Source: Azolla caroliniana (lineage: Eukaryota > Plantae > Polypodiophyta). Taken from it: a DNA stretch of 64,000 nt. The position numbers were made by a program, and so were the translations under genes. How positions within the stretch are numbered: the first letter of the stretch is position 1; the number at the start of each line of letters is the position of its first letter. The stretch is taken from assembly GCA_043228905.1 (NCBI GenBank), contig JBHGNT010000017.1:13764001-13828000 (forward strand), in the 5' to 3' direction. Positions 1 to 11,959 of this stretch are shown here, in pieces. The notes beneath the pieces are model-generated. The model was not told the DNA's origin. It saw nothing but the letters and a program-made list of their open reading frames with translations, and did not search any database.

Positions 1-35
1 GGAAGCTGTCGGGCCTCTACGAGAGGAAGAATGCG

Positions 36-3000
36 TTGAACCGGACCTCCCTGATGAGAAAGATAGTGAACCTCAAGTACCGGGACGGCGAGAGTATGGT
101 GGAACACGTAAGCACGTTCATGGGATTCGTGAACCAGCTTGCGGCGATCAAGTTCCCGTTGGAGGATGCAATGCAAGCCATCATCCTGATGTGTACTTTG
201 CCGGACAGCTGGGAGAACTTGGTGGTGACTCTCAGCACCTCCTGCACCGAAGATAACTTGTCTCTACAAACGGTAAAGACAAGCATTTTGAACGAAGAAG
301 CGCGTCGGAGAGATAAAGAACCGGCCTCCGACTCGAAGGCGCTGCTTACCGAATCGGAATGGGGAAGACATCGGAACCGGAGTCCGCAAAGACGGGAGAA
401 GTCGGGGACCCGGTCGCAGTCAAGAGGAAGGCCCACATGCTTCCACTGTGGGAAGACGGGGCACTTCCGGAAGAATTGTCGGCATTACCGAAAAGACAAC
501 GGAGCCGACGACACCGATTCGAAGAAGTCACCGGAGAGAAACGGTGCATACCGGGGAGCCACAGACCGGAGAGGTCCGGATCGGCGAGGGCAGGACCGGA
601 AAGGAACGACGGCACTCGCGGCAAGTGAAGAAGAAATCATGCTCATTACCGAAGAGAGGGAGCTGAACATTGCCGGAGTAGAGATGACCTGGGTGGTCGA
701 TTCCGGAGCGTCGTTCCACCTGACCCCGGAGAAGAAATACTTCTCATCCTACACAGCCGGTGAGCACGGCTGTGTCCGGATGGGAAATGAAGGTACATGC
801 CGGATTGCCGGCATAGGAGACGTGTGGTTAACAACCCCGACCGGATGCAAAATGCTGCTGAAGGATGTCAGACACGTTCCGGAGGTTCGATTGAACCTGA
901 TTTCGGCCGGGAGGCTAGACGATGAAGGCTACACAGGTAGCATCCGGAACGGCGTAATGAAGTTCAGCAAGGGGAGCCTGATAGTGGCTCGGGCCCGGAA
1001 GGTCAACACACTATACCTGATGAATGCCCGGTTATGTCCGGAAGAGCTGAATGTGGCAGCCGACACTGCCGGTGAGCTGTGGCACAAAAGACTGTGCCAC
1101 ATGAGTGAGAAGGGGATGAAGAGGCTTGCAGAAGACAACCTTATTCCAGTGAAGCATGTGCACCTGGAGAAGTGCACCGACTGCCTGGCCGGTAAGCAAA
1201 ACCGGACCTCCTTCCACTCAAGGCCACCGACGAGACGTAGCGCACCATTGGAGCTGGTGCACACTGATGTGTGTCAGGTAGAAACGAAGTCACATGGCGG
1301 AGCCCAGTACTTCGTGACATTCATTGATGACCACAGCCGGAAGCTGTGGACGGCACCGTTGAAGACAAAGGACCAAGTGTTGTCCGTCTTCAAAGAACTC
1401 CACGCGAGAGTGGAAAGGGAACCGGCAAGAAGCTGAAAGCGATACGAGCGGATAACGGAGGGGAATACCGGGGGCAGTTCCAGGAGTACTGTCGCTCGAA
1501 GGGAATCCGGCTCGAGTTTACTGTGCCGAAGACGCCGGAACTGAACGGGCTGGCCGAGAGGATGAACCGGACCATAATGGAGAGGGTCCGGAGTATGCTG
1601 GCGCATGCGAAATTACCCAAGGGGTTTTGGGCTGAGGCGATGTCGACGGCGACATACGTGATAAACAGATCACCCTCAGTACCTTTGGACGGAGACACGC
1701 CGCAGAGAGTGTGGACCGGTAGGGAAGTGTCCTACCGGCATCTGAAGGTGTTCGGGTGTCTCGCATACGTGCATGTGGCAAAGGACCGGAGAGGAAAGTT
1801 AGATCCAAAGACCCGGCCATGCATATTCCTCGGTTACGGCGACGACGAGTTCGGCTACCGAGTATGGGACCCGGTCGACAAGAAGATATTCAGGAGTCGA
1901 GATATCATCTTCATGGAGAACAAGACACTCGCCGACTGGGAGTCGGAGAAGAAGATGAAGAGCTCCAAGTCGACCGGTGAGGATCAACTCTACGAGGAGC
2001 AGTCCCAACCGGCAAGGGACCGGTTAGCACTCGAGGACCCGGCCGAAGACGGTGAAGAAACAGAACCGGCCGAAGAAGATGAAAATGATACCGGAACCGG
2101 CCCCGATCCCGAAATGGATTCGGATGAAGAAGAATCGGAAGAACCGGTTACCGAAGCTCCGGAACGGAGATATCCTCTAAGAGAGAGAAGGGCCCCCCGG
2201 AGATTTCCGGAACCAGAGCACGTGCTGCTAACCGACGAGGGGGAGCCGGAGAGCTTTGAAGAAGCAAAGCATGACACCCAGAGCCGCAGGTGGTTAAGTG
2301 CCATGCAGGACGAGATGGATTCCCTGCATGAGAACCACACATATGAACTTGTGGAGTTGCCGAAAGGAAAACGGGCACTCCGTAACAAGTGGGTGTTCAA
2401 GCTGAAACCGGGAGATGCCGGAAACCCCCCGAGATACAAAGCCAGGATCGTGGTGAAGGGGTTCCAGCAGAAGAAGGGCGTCGACTTCGACGAGATATTT
2501 GCCCCGGTAGTGAAGATGACCTCCATCCGGATGGTGCTGAGCATTGCGGCAAGCATGGACCTCGAGGTAGAACAGATGGACGTGAAGACGGCATTCCTTC
2601 ACGGTGACCTCGAAGAAGAGATCTACATGCAGCAGCCGGAAGGATTCGAGAAGAAAGGGAAGGAGCACCTGGTATGCCGGTTGAAGAAGAGCCTTTACGG
2701 ACTGAAGCAGGCTCCCCGGCAATGGTACCGGAAGTTCGACTCCTTCATGACCGACGAAGGGTACCACAAAACGCAGTCTGATCACTGCGTGTTTGTGAAG
2801 AAGTTCGAAGGAGGAGACTCTCTAATACTCCTCCTGTACGTGGACGACATGTTGATCGTCGGACGGGATCAGGTCAAGATACGGATGCTGAAGAAAGCGC
2901 TTCACCGAACCTTCTCAATGAAGGACCTGGGTCCGGCGAGGCAAATACTAGGGATGCATATCATCCGGGACCGGAAGAAGAAGCAGTTGTGGTTGTCACA

Positions 3001-3814
3001 GGAGAAGTACGTGACAAAGGTGCTTCACCGGTTCAACATGTCGGAAGCAAGACCGGTCGGATCGACCCTCCCGGCAAACTGCAAGCTGTCCAACAAGCAA
3101 AGTCCCAAGACAAAGGCTGAAAAGGAGGATATGATGAAAGTGCCATATGCCTCAGCCGTCGGGAGCTTGATGTACGCCATGGTGTGTACGAGACCGGACA
3201 TAGGATATGCAGTCGGAGTGGTGAGCCGGTACATGAGCAACCCTGGCAAAGAGCACTGGAACGCGGTCAAGTGGATACTCCGATACCTGAAGGGCACTGC
3301 AAACGTGTGCCTCCGATTCGGCTCCGGTAAGCCCGAACTCGACGGCTTCACCGATTCGGATATGTCGGCTGATGCAGATACCAGCCGGTCCACATCAGGG
3401 TATGTGATGACCTATGCAGGGGGAGCCGTTTCGTGGCAGTCGAGGCTGCAGAAGACGGTTGCGTTGTCAACCACGGAGGCGGAGTACATGGCGGCTGTTG
3501 AAGCCGGCAAGGAAATAATATGGATGAAGGACTTCATTAGAGAGCTCGGTATCCGGCAGGAGGAGTACCGACTCTACTGCGACAGTCAGAGTGCCATCCA
3601 CCTTGCGAAGAACGCGGCCTATCACTCCCGGACGAAGCACATCCAGCGAAGATACCACTGGATCCGGGAAAGGATAGAAGACAAGGAGTTCGTGCTGACG
3701 AAGGTCCACACGGACGAGAACGGGTCGGATATGCTGACCAAGGTGCTCACACCCGACAAGCTGGAAGCATGCCGGAAGAGGATCGGATTGGAGAGACATC
3801 CCATGCCGAAGTGA
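36..3814 (+). pseudogene. Copia gag-pol polyprotein with a single 1-nt frameshift in integrase at about 1420
   Basis: ORFs 36-1436 and 1346-3814 together align with the 1358-aa ORF at 48427-52503. Here the sequence reads AGG GAA CCG GCA, against AGA GAA TCC GGC AAG in the intact copy. Confidence 0.92.
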
Positions 3815-3824
3815 AGGGGGAGTT

Positions 3825-4503
3825 TGTTGGGATTACGGTCCCTCCGGATGGGATGTCCGGAGATGAATGACGGCAAGCCCGGTTGCGGTTACGGAACCGG
3901 ATGATGAAGAGTACCCGGCATGAAGCCGGATGAAGAGTACCCGGATGCGGATCCGGATGATGAAGAGTACCCGGCATGAAGCCGGATGAAGAGTACCCGG
4001 ATACGGATCCGGATGATGAAGACCCCGGCTACGGAGCCGGATGACGAATGTACCCGGAGAGAGATCCGGATGCAGGGACATATTTGTGAATATGTTTGCT
4101 AAGAGCCCTTGAGGCTATATTTGTAAATAGCCCGAAAGTCATATATGTATAAATATGACTTAGGGCAAACAGTTTTATGTTGTTGCTCAATTTTTCATGA
4201 GAAGTGAGAGCAGCCGAGAGAGAGAGAGAGAGAGAGACGAAGAGGTCGTTGCCTCTGTGTATTACCGCCGCCTGTGGCGAAGACATGAGCTCAAGGTTGT
4301 TGCCTTGAAGCTTCACCATTGTACATCTCTGTTCATAGTGATAGTTGGAGTTTGAGAACTCCCGTGGTTTTTCCCAGTTAGGGTTTTCCACGTAAAACAT
4401 CCAGTGTACCTTTCTCTCTATTGTTTTGTGCATTTCCTATTTCCTGTTTTTTTCTGTGAGTTGATCCCATTTCTCGGTTGTGGCCGAGCACTGTCGTCTA
4501 ACA
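3825..4503 (+). repeat. 3' LTR of copia A1 (679 bp), with a ~56-bp tandem duplication in U3
   Basis: It starts TGTTGGG directly after the PPT and ends TCTAACA. It contains a TATAAA box and a (GA)n tract. Confidence 0.9.
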
Positions 4504-7319
4504 AGAACTCGGATTGGAGGTGAGGTCCGGAGTCGGAAGCAAGTACTAGGACGCGGACTCATCAAACACGTCGCGGCTCACGCACGCTTGTTTGGTACGC
4601 GGGTTATAGCACTTATAACCCTTCTGCTCGTCCGAATAGCCGACCAAGATACACTTCTCGGCTTTAGCGTCCAACTTCCTCCTTTTCTCCTTTGGCACAT
4701 GCACATACGCAATGCTACCGAAAACTCGTAGGTGTCGCAAGTTCGGTTCGTTCCGAAATATAGCTCATGCGCCGACACTTTATCTCCGATCCGATTCTGG
4801 ATGTATACAGCGGTCCTTACCGCCTCAGCCCAATAGAACTTGGGCAAGCTCTTCTCTTCCAGCATTGCCCGTGCCGCTTCCACAACCGACCGATTTTTCC
4901 TCTCGGCCACGCCGTTTTGCTCTGGCGTGTATCTACAACTGAATTCGCGCCGAATTCCCATCTGTTGTAGATAAGCGTTGAATTGACCGGAAAAGTATTC
5001 TTTTCTGCCATCCGACTGTAGGCACTTGATCTTTCTTCCTATTTCCGTTTCCACGAATCCTTTAAGGTCCCAGAAACAGTCAAAGACTTCGCTCTTCCTC
5101 TCGATGAGGTAGATCCATGCGTGTTGTGTATAGTCGTCGATGAAGGAGACGAAATATCAACTCCCACCAAGACTAACATTTTGTGCTGCCCCCCACACAT
5201 CGGAGTGTATTAAGTCGAGCTTGTTCCGGCTCCGATTACGCTCGTTGGGGAAGGGAAGTCAGTGTTACTTCCTAAGCTGGCAGGCTTCACAAATTTGGGC
5301 CTTTCGGCCACTAAATTTGGGCAATCCAAACACCACTCGTTTTGATTGCAGGTCTTGGAGTCGTTGGTAGTTGACGTGGCCTATCCGCTTGTGCCATAAG
5401 TCGATGTCCGACTTGAATTTTTGTCCCTTCGTGAACATTGCGGTGCCACCGTCAGTAGAGTCGCGGATGAACATCCTCCCATCTTTGCGCCCTTGCGCAA
5501 TAATACGGCCTTCTTCCTCAATGAAGCACCCGAGGTGTCTAAACCGAACCTGCATCCCCTGGTCGACGATCTGCCCGACCAACACCAGATTCTTCGTGAT
5601 GGTCGGGACGTGTAACACGTTCATAAGTTTCCCTTTCTGCCCGACATGGCTCAAGGGAACTTCACCGACATTCGCAATCAGATGCGGAGTGTCGTCTCCG
5701 GTTGCGACTACTCCTGGTTGTGTTGGTTTCTCAAGGTATGAGAACCACTCCTCATAGCACGTCCTGTGGTTTGACGCGCTGGAGTCGACGTACCACACCT
5801 CGTCCGATTTCGGGGCGGATTGCTTCATTGAGTTTGCTTCGTGTCTCGTCACGAAGACTGACCCTTTTCCGGCTTCTCCGGATCCTTCGGCGTAGTGCGA
5901 TCGTTGCTGGTTTCCTTTGTCAGTATGTCCAGAACCAGATCCGGAACCGGTCCTCTCCGACTCGGCCCGCTTTTTCCAGCACTCGCTTTCCCTATGGCCT
6001 TTCTTGCCACAGTACCAACACTCCGCGGCGGATTTCCTTTGCCGGTTCTCGTCGCCTCGACTCCCCCTATTTCCGGAGGGTCCAGAGTTGCTGTCGGCAT
6101 CACTTCGGTGCCTTCTTCCTTGATCCCGTCGGCCGCCTCCATTGCGTAGCGACTCGCCTCGTCCGCCACGACCACGGGGCCTATCTCCCTCTGCGTACAA
6201 CATCTTGTTGACGCTCCCGCGTGGTTCTCCTCTACCAGGAGCATCGATTGTTAGTCGAAAAAGGACGACGTATTCTCTCGGGTACACACAACAGTTTGGA
6301 ACGCACCGAACTTTGACGCCAAACCCCTGAGACAGACCTGGACCGTCTCGCTTTCCTCGATGTTCACATCGATGGAAGCTAAGGAGTTGCATATGTCCTT
6401 AATCCTCGAGGTATAGTTAGCCACCGACAAATCGCGTTGCCGTAGGTTGCTCAACTCCTGTCAGAGCTGAAGCTTCTTGGCTGTGGTGCTCGCGGCGAAA
6501 ATCTTCTTCAGATTTTCCCACGCACCCTTTGGCGTTTTTGCATCCCGAACGTAGCTTAACAGCTATTCGCCCACACAAGACGCGAAACAGTACAACACTC
6601 TGCTCGCCGATTGTTCCCACGCTGGGAAGTCTTTGTGTGTCGAATCGGGTGCTGTGTCATTTGCTCCATCGACATAGCTCCAGTAACTGTGTCCGAGTAG
6701 GTACTGGTGCATCTTGTAGGACCAAGATGCGTAGTTGGTTCTGTCGAGCTTCTCCGTTGGAAGCGAGCTAGCCATTCCTCTGTCCATCGGTTTTCTTGTT
6801 CTTCTTCGTTGGTTTTCCCTTCAAGCAAAGTTGGCTACAGAGGTTCTTAACCCTCGCGCTCTGATACCATGAAAAGAATTGCGTGCGGAAGCAATATAGA
6901 AAACTGAACAACAGAAAACGCAGGTTTAATGGAGAGCTTAGGTTTGAACAGTACGCATGGGAGAGATAGAGAGAGTAAACACATAACTTAATTCAAAAAA
7001 GTAATACTCAAGCTATACATAGGATGTGCTCAGTGAGCACTTTTATACAAGCCCTGACAATCGGGCTGACACAAGTACTGACAATACTTGACTGCTCAGA
7101 AATGAGCCTCGACTCTTACTCCCAAAATTATTCCTTACGAGGAATATCTTTCTAACGGCCTTTCGGTTTACACACCGATACAGCCTTCCTACGCACCGGT
7201 TTGCGTACCAGTTTACGCATCCGTTATACGCACCGGTCCGGCCTAACCGATCGGTCCCAACCGATCCGGTCCTCGGTTTGCTCAGCCGATCCGGCCGATG
7301 TTGAGCTTGTCTCTCAACA
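4504..7319 (-). mobile_element. Degenerate Ty1/copia (family B, copy B1): 5' LTR, PBS, gag, PR and INT; interrupted by A1
   Basis: Minus-strand ORF fragments include EKLDRTNYASWSYKMHQY, CWYCGKKGHRESEC, WYVDSSASNH and TPEQNGVAERKNR. The tRNA-iMet PBS TGGTATCAGAGC is at 6858-6869 and the LTR at 6870-7319 (TGTTG...TTCA on the minus strand). Confidence 0.93.
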
Positions 7320-7320
7320 A

Positions 7321-8234
7321 AATTGTTGATGTTGCTACGTGTTTAGAGGGACACAGCTTGAAAGTAGATGTAGCAACTGACACAAATGATCTGGTCACGC
7401 AAGTTGATTAAGCATGTTGCAGAGATGATCTGATTTTGTAGGTAGATGCATCATGTGATACCAGTGGGCTGGTATCGACCAGATCAGTATCTACATGCAC
7501 TGAGCCAATGACTAAGTCGACAACACAAGAGTACCAGAATGTGAAGCCAGGCCCAACACAATCGACCAAGGGTTTGAAGAGGGAAAGGACACCAATTGTG
7601 CCAACAGAACTTGAGTTGATTGACCTTGATCGTGTGCTACCAATAATTGGTGTAACAGAGCCTCAGTTACAGGAATGGAAACCTAAACCATTAGAAGTCG
7701 AAAGAAGAGCCTTGATCTTGGAGCTTGATAAAGTCCTGATGAGTGTGTGATATATGACACTAAGGAGAGATGCAAATCAATTTCTGGAGTGGGTTGTGCA
7801 ATATTTTGATTTGTTTATTTGGAGCGAAAAACCACGTACAAATGTGTGGAAGTGTATAGAAAGATTCTTCCTGAAGTGGCGACAACATTTTAAGGGTCAG
7901 TGGACACGAGAGAATTGTGAGCAGAATGATGTTGCAAGATTCAAGACTTTCTTATTTTTGGGACGCTTGACCAGATTATAATGCCGACAATACGTTGATT
8001 CTGGATATAGAACATTTCCGACATTGCTTCAGAATTCACATATGCTGTCTCATTCTACCCGATGAAATGCCTGAACACTATTTGGTGAAAACATTGAGCT
8101 GCCAACTATCTACATGGTTGTGGACTCCATACCATGCTCAGTATGCAGATCATATATGTAGAGAAGTTCCACTGACCAGCAACATCTTAGCTATTTATAG
8201 ACCATTTCAAGACATTGGCAATGGGATGTTATAA
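7321..8234 (+). pseudogene. Degenerate ORF with an FCP1/NIF-like (HAD) phosphatase domain, convergent with the transposase
   Basis: The motif order is LILELDKVL ... LRRDANQFLEWVVQYFDLFIWS ... WTRENC ... FK ... ILD ... ILP. This matches the FCP1-homology pattern (LVLDLDxxL, RPxxxEFL...FxVxVWS, WxxxxC, TLLxDD). The frame is broken by stops and frameshifts. Confidence 0.62.
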
Positions 8235-8699
8235 ATATGTAATTTTCTACCACTTAATCAATGAAGAATTAAATTGCTTGTTTTGAGTAACTTATGTACT
8301 GTGTAATTTTAAGAGTATGTTCAGGATTGCTGATTTCATGATAGTGCTTTTTCTTAAAATTATGCAAACTATTTTAACTTGTACATGGTTCACTTGAGTA
8401 AATCTGTATCTCAGAAAGAAGAACCCTAAACGATATTATTAAACAGTATATCAAATAGAAGATTGATAGAAGAAGCACAAAAAGTAGACTGTATATGAAA
8501 AAAAAAACTCCCAAACAGGTCCATTAAACTGTTTATTTGCAATACATGTGCTTTGTTTGTTTTACAAGAAAATTGGTAATTGCTACTTGTAGCTACAAAT
8601 TCCATGGCATACTATTGTAAATACTTTCATACACATTAGCACTAACTATGTATAAACTTGAGTAGCTATTGTATTGCAACATTGGGACATTGATGCACC

Positions 8700-11600
8700 T
8701 GACCAAATGAGAGTACATGTACGCCACTGGTTTGTCTTCTAATAGCCTATACACATAATCGTAATCATCTAGTCTTGCATAAAAAATAACTTCGATGTAG
8801 AATGTCCCGATAGATACAACATTTCCCCAAGCATCTAATATATTCTGCGTTGCACACTATTTACTAACCGTGCATTTCAATATATAGAAATCAACACCCT
8901 CTGAATTGCCTTCTTCTGCATTTACAGCAAAATTATCCCCAACATTTAAGACATCACTCAAAGTATCTCCACGTCCTTGATATGTGAAGTCAGCATTCTT
9001 TTCTGTTTCCCCATCAACTGCTTCCTTATCGTTCAATGTATGATACTCCCAATTCTGAATATATGCTTCGTTTAAACAATACCTCCAATTTCCCTGCACG
9101 TAATGGAAGCCAAAACAAGTAAATTCTATAACCGCAATACAATGACCATCCAACCTAGAATAACCGCGAACAACATGGAGAGATCGCAATTCGGGAATTC
9201 CTTGGCACTCCCAGGTCTTCTCCCTATTTACTTCATCTATCTTCACTTCCCAAAATTCACGTTTGATATCTTAGACCTGCGAGGAATAAACACTAGTTGC
9301 ACTCGTTGACATATTAGCTCTTAAAAATTCAACTACATGTGCTGCACAATTCATCTGCACACCATTTGCCTTTAGTTGTTCATGGGTAAGTGCCCGCTTT
9401 ATAACAGCACCTGCACCATCATGTTCACCTTTACCATGGCCAAACCCAAAAAAATTCCATCTCATCTCCAAACCTGTTATAGCAGGATACCTCCCCACAA
9501 AATAAAATGGACGTCTAGCCTTGAATTGTGACACAGCTCCATCAGACCAGACCCAATGTTGAGTAAGCTCCAAATGTTTAGCTAATAACCATTGCCAATG
9601 TAAGTTAAAACAATGTTGGACGAACAAGGTGTCATGCTTCTTATCATCAGAAATAAAAAAATGAATTACTTTTTTAACATCACCTGAAACTCGAAAATAT
9701 GTTATGTGCACAAAAATGGTTACCTGCGCTGAACACCAATGCATAGATTGAATTTCATTCTGTTGCTTGAAAGTATAATTCTTTGCGAAATCTACTACTG
9801 AGACTACTACATCATTTGGAAAATCAGATATGCAAGTCTTAAACTAATGGGCTTGCCATGAATAAATGAAGTTGTGTTTAATGAACTTTCCTAGAGATGC
9901 TACAAATAGAGACGCCAAATCCCTTGGTTTAAGCAACTTCCTAACTAGATCCTTTCTTTTACACACCTTTCCTTCGAAATTGGTGTCAACTGACTCAAAT
10001 AATTTGACAGAGATTAGTATTTCACTACTCAATTCATTTGGACACCACCTAAATCTACTAGGGTCACAATCCTGACATAAACCCATGACACATTTATGAT
10101 TGTGGAAGATGGCCTCTGATTCTGTCAGACACAATACTGAATCTAAAAGACAACTCATGGAAGAGATAACATGCTCAGATGATTTACAGTGCTCGTGCAG
10201 GCTCGATCGACAAATTGGACACACACAAGTGCAAACTGCATTTGTTAGGGAGACGCTATGGTGACGTAGTAGATTAACAGAGTCCTTGAGAAAACCCATT
10301 TGTACATGGTAAATGCAACAAAATGTGTATCGATCCTTCAAGCGTCTCACAAAGTGTGGCTTAAGAGACTCGAATGTTCGTAGTTGAACTTTGATATTTG
10401 GATGCATTCGCTTGAACCTAATAAATAAATCGACCTGTATAATAAAATGGACATACTGATTAGCTCTATGGCTAAGTGGTAGCTAATTAGCTACTACCAT
10501 AGTTTAGTACAGTAGCTAATTAGCTAAGTTGTAGCTAATTAGCTACTATCAAACTTTAGTTGAGTAGCTAATTAGCTACTACTATAGTTTAATACATTAG
10601 CTAAGTGGTAGCTAATTAGCTACTACCATACTTTAGTTGAGTAGCTAATTAGCTACTACCATAGTTTAGTACAGTAGCTAATTAGCTACTACCATAATTT
10701 AGTATAGTAGCTAATTAGCTAAGTGGTAGCTAATTAGCTATTATACTACCATAGTTGAGTAGCTAATTAGCTAAGTGGTAGCTAATTAGCTACTACCATA
10801 GTTTAGTACAACAACTAATTAGCTACCAGTTAGCTAATTAGCTACTATAAAACATTAGTTAACTAGCTAATTAGCTAAGTGGTGGCTAATTAGCTACTAC
10901 CATAGTTTAATAAATTTGCTAAGTGGTAGCTAATTAGCTACTACCATACCTTAGTTGAGTAGCTAATTAGCTAATACCATAGTTTAGTACATTAGCTAAT
11001 TAGCTATCACCAAGCTTTAGTTGAGATAAATGTAAATACCTGAGGTACATCAAGAAGATGAATGGGATGATCCTCGTATTGACTCCTTCCAACACGTTTC
11101 CTGCATAAATCCTTCTTATTGGGTGAAACCCTACTCTCATTAGTCCAAAATATTGTGATTATATCCTTGATTTCTGATGTTATGGGTGTCATTGGCTTAC
11201 ATCTTGTTGTTAGCTTTAGCAGACTAGTTCCTTCACCCGAGGAAACTATTCGGTTCAATGTATTGTACACACTTTTTCTACTAACACCAATTACCTTAGA
11301 TAGCACACTGATGTTAATATCGTCAACATCACTATTAAGTAACATCATTAGACTAGAACTTTTTAAGACAAGATCATCTTCTGACCTACTCATCGATATG
11401 AAACTATTACAGAGATTATTTACTAGTACAAATGTTATGTTTGCATTAAGACCATCACAATCAACTAACTCCTTTATCGATGGATCATTTAATATTTCAT
11501 AAAGTACTACCTTCTTGTCTTCATTGCTGAGGTGCTTGGTTTGAACATTGAAATAGTCTACAACCTTTCTCTCTATGATAGTAGTCTCATTACTTCCATT

Positions 11601-11708
11601 CTCAGTGATATTTAGACCTATATCCCAACCAATACTATCTTTACCTTTAGTGAGTGTGGCTTTCGTATCCTTCAACAATTGACGATGTTTTCTTTTTTTT
11701 CTGCCCAA
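8700..11708 (-). pseudogene. Sola-like DDD transposase, two exons, with nonsense mutations
   Basis: Reading through the TAG at about 9845 gives VSVVDFAKNY...QNEIQSMHW...FISDDKKHD...WVWSDGAVSQFK...WNFFGFGHGKGEHDGAGAVIKR, preceded by a Cys-rich region. Exon 1 (HLLDVPQ) splices in frame to VDLFIRFKRMHPNIKV. Confidence 0.85.
10435..11039 (-). repeat. 605-bp GT-AG intron filled with an array of the 14-bp palindrome TAGCTAATTAGCTA
   Basis: The donor is CAG|GTATTT at 11039 and the acceptor ATACAG|GTC at 10435. I counted about 16 perfect AGCTAATTAGCT cores plus 2 single-mismatch copies. Confidence 0.88.
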
Positions 11709-11959
11709 TACTTTCGTATCGCTTGTTGTGTCCTGATAGCGTCATCCCTATCCTGATGATCATTGAGGTGTAATTGTAAACACCCTCCTTCCCCTTCCAT
11801 TTGGCTTGACGGGTTTAAACTCTAATTTTCCCGAAAAAAAGTCACGTATTAAAGATGGCTATGGGCAACAATATACACAAAAATATTCCACAATACACAA
11901 GATTATATAGAACAATATACAAGATAATCAATCGACAAAATAGTTATTCAAATCCAAGA

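Larger units (their letters stand above)
1..4503 (+). mobile_element. Ty1/copia LTR retrotransposon, Tork/Tnt1-like (copy A1); 5' part lies beyond the window; nested in copia B1
   Basis: The ORFs show gag (UBN2-like), the CCHC knuckle CFHCGKTGHFRKNC, protease WVVDSGAS, integrase, RT (YVDD) and RNase H in copia order. A PPT (AAGGGGGAG) precedes a TG...CA LTR. The sequence is nearly identical to the intact copy at 47623-53299. Confidence 0.97.

Noticed and set aside
1405-1440. Possible programmed ribosomal frameshift in copia A1
   Set aside because: The paralog A2 has one continuous ORF here and the shift lies inside integrase. It is a 1-nt deletion or a sequencing error.
10460-11010. Palindromic repeat array resembling a CRISPR array
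   Set aside because: The spacers are short and themselves repeated rather than unique. There are no cas genes, and the array lies in a eukaryotic spliceosomal intron.
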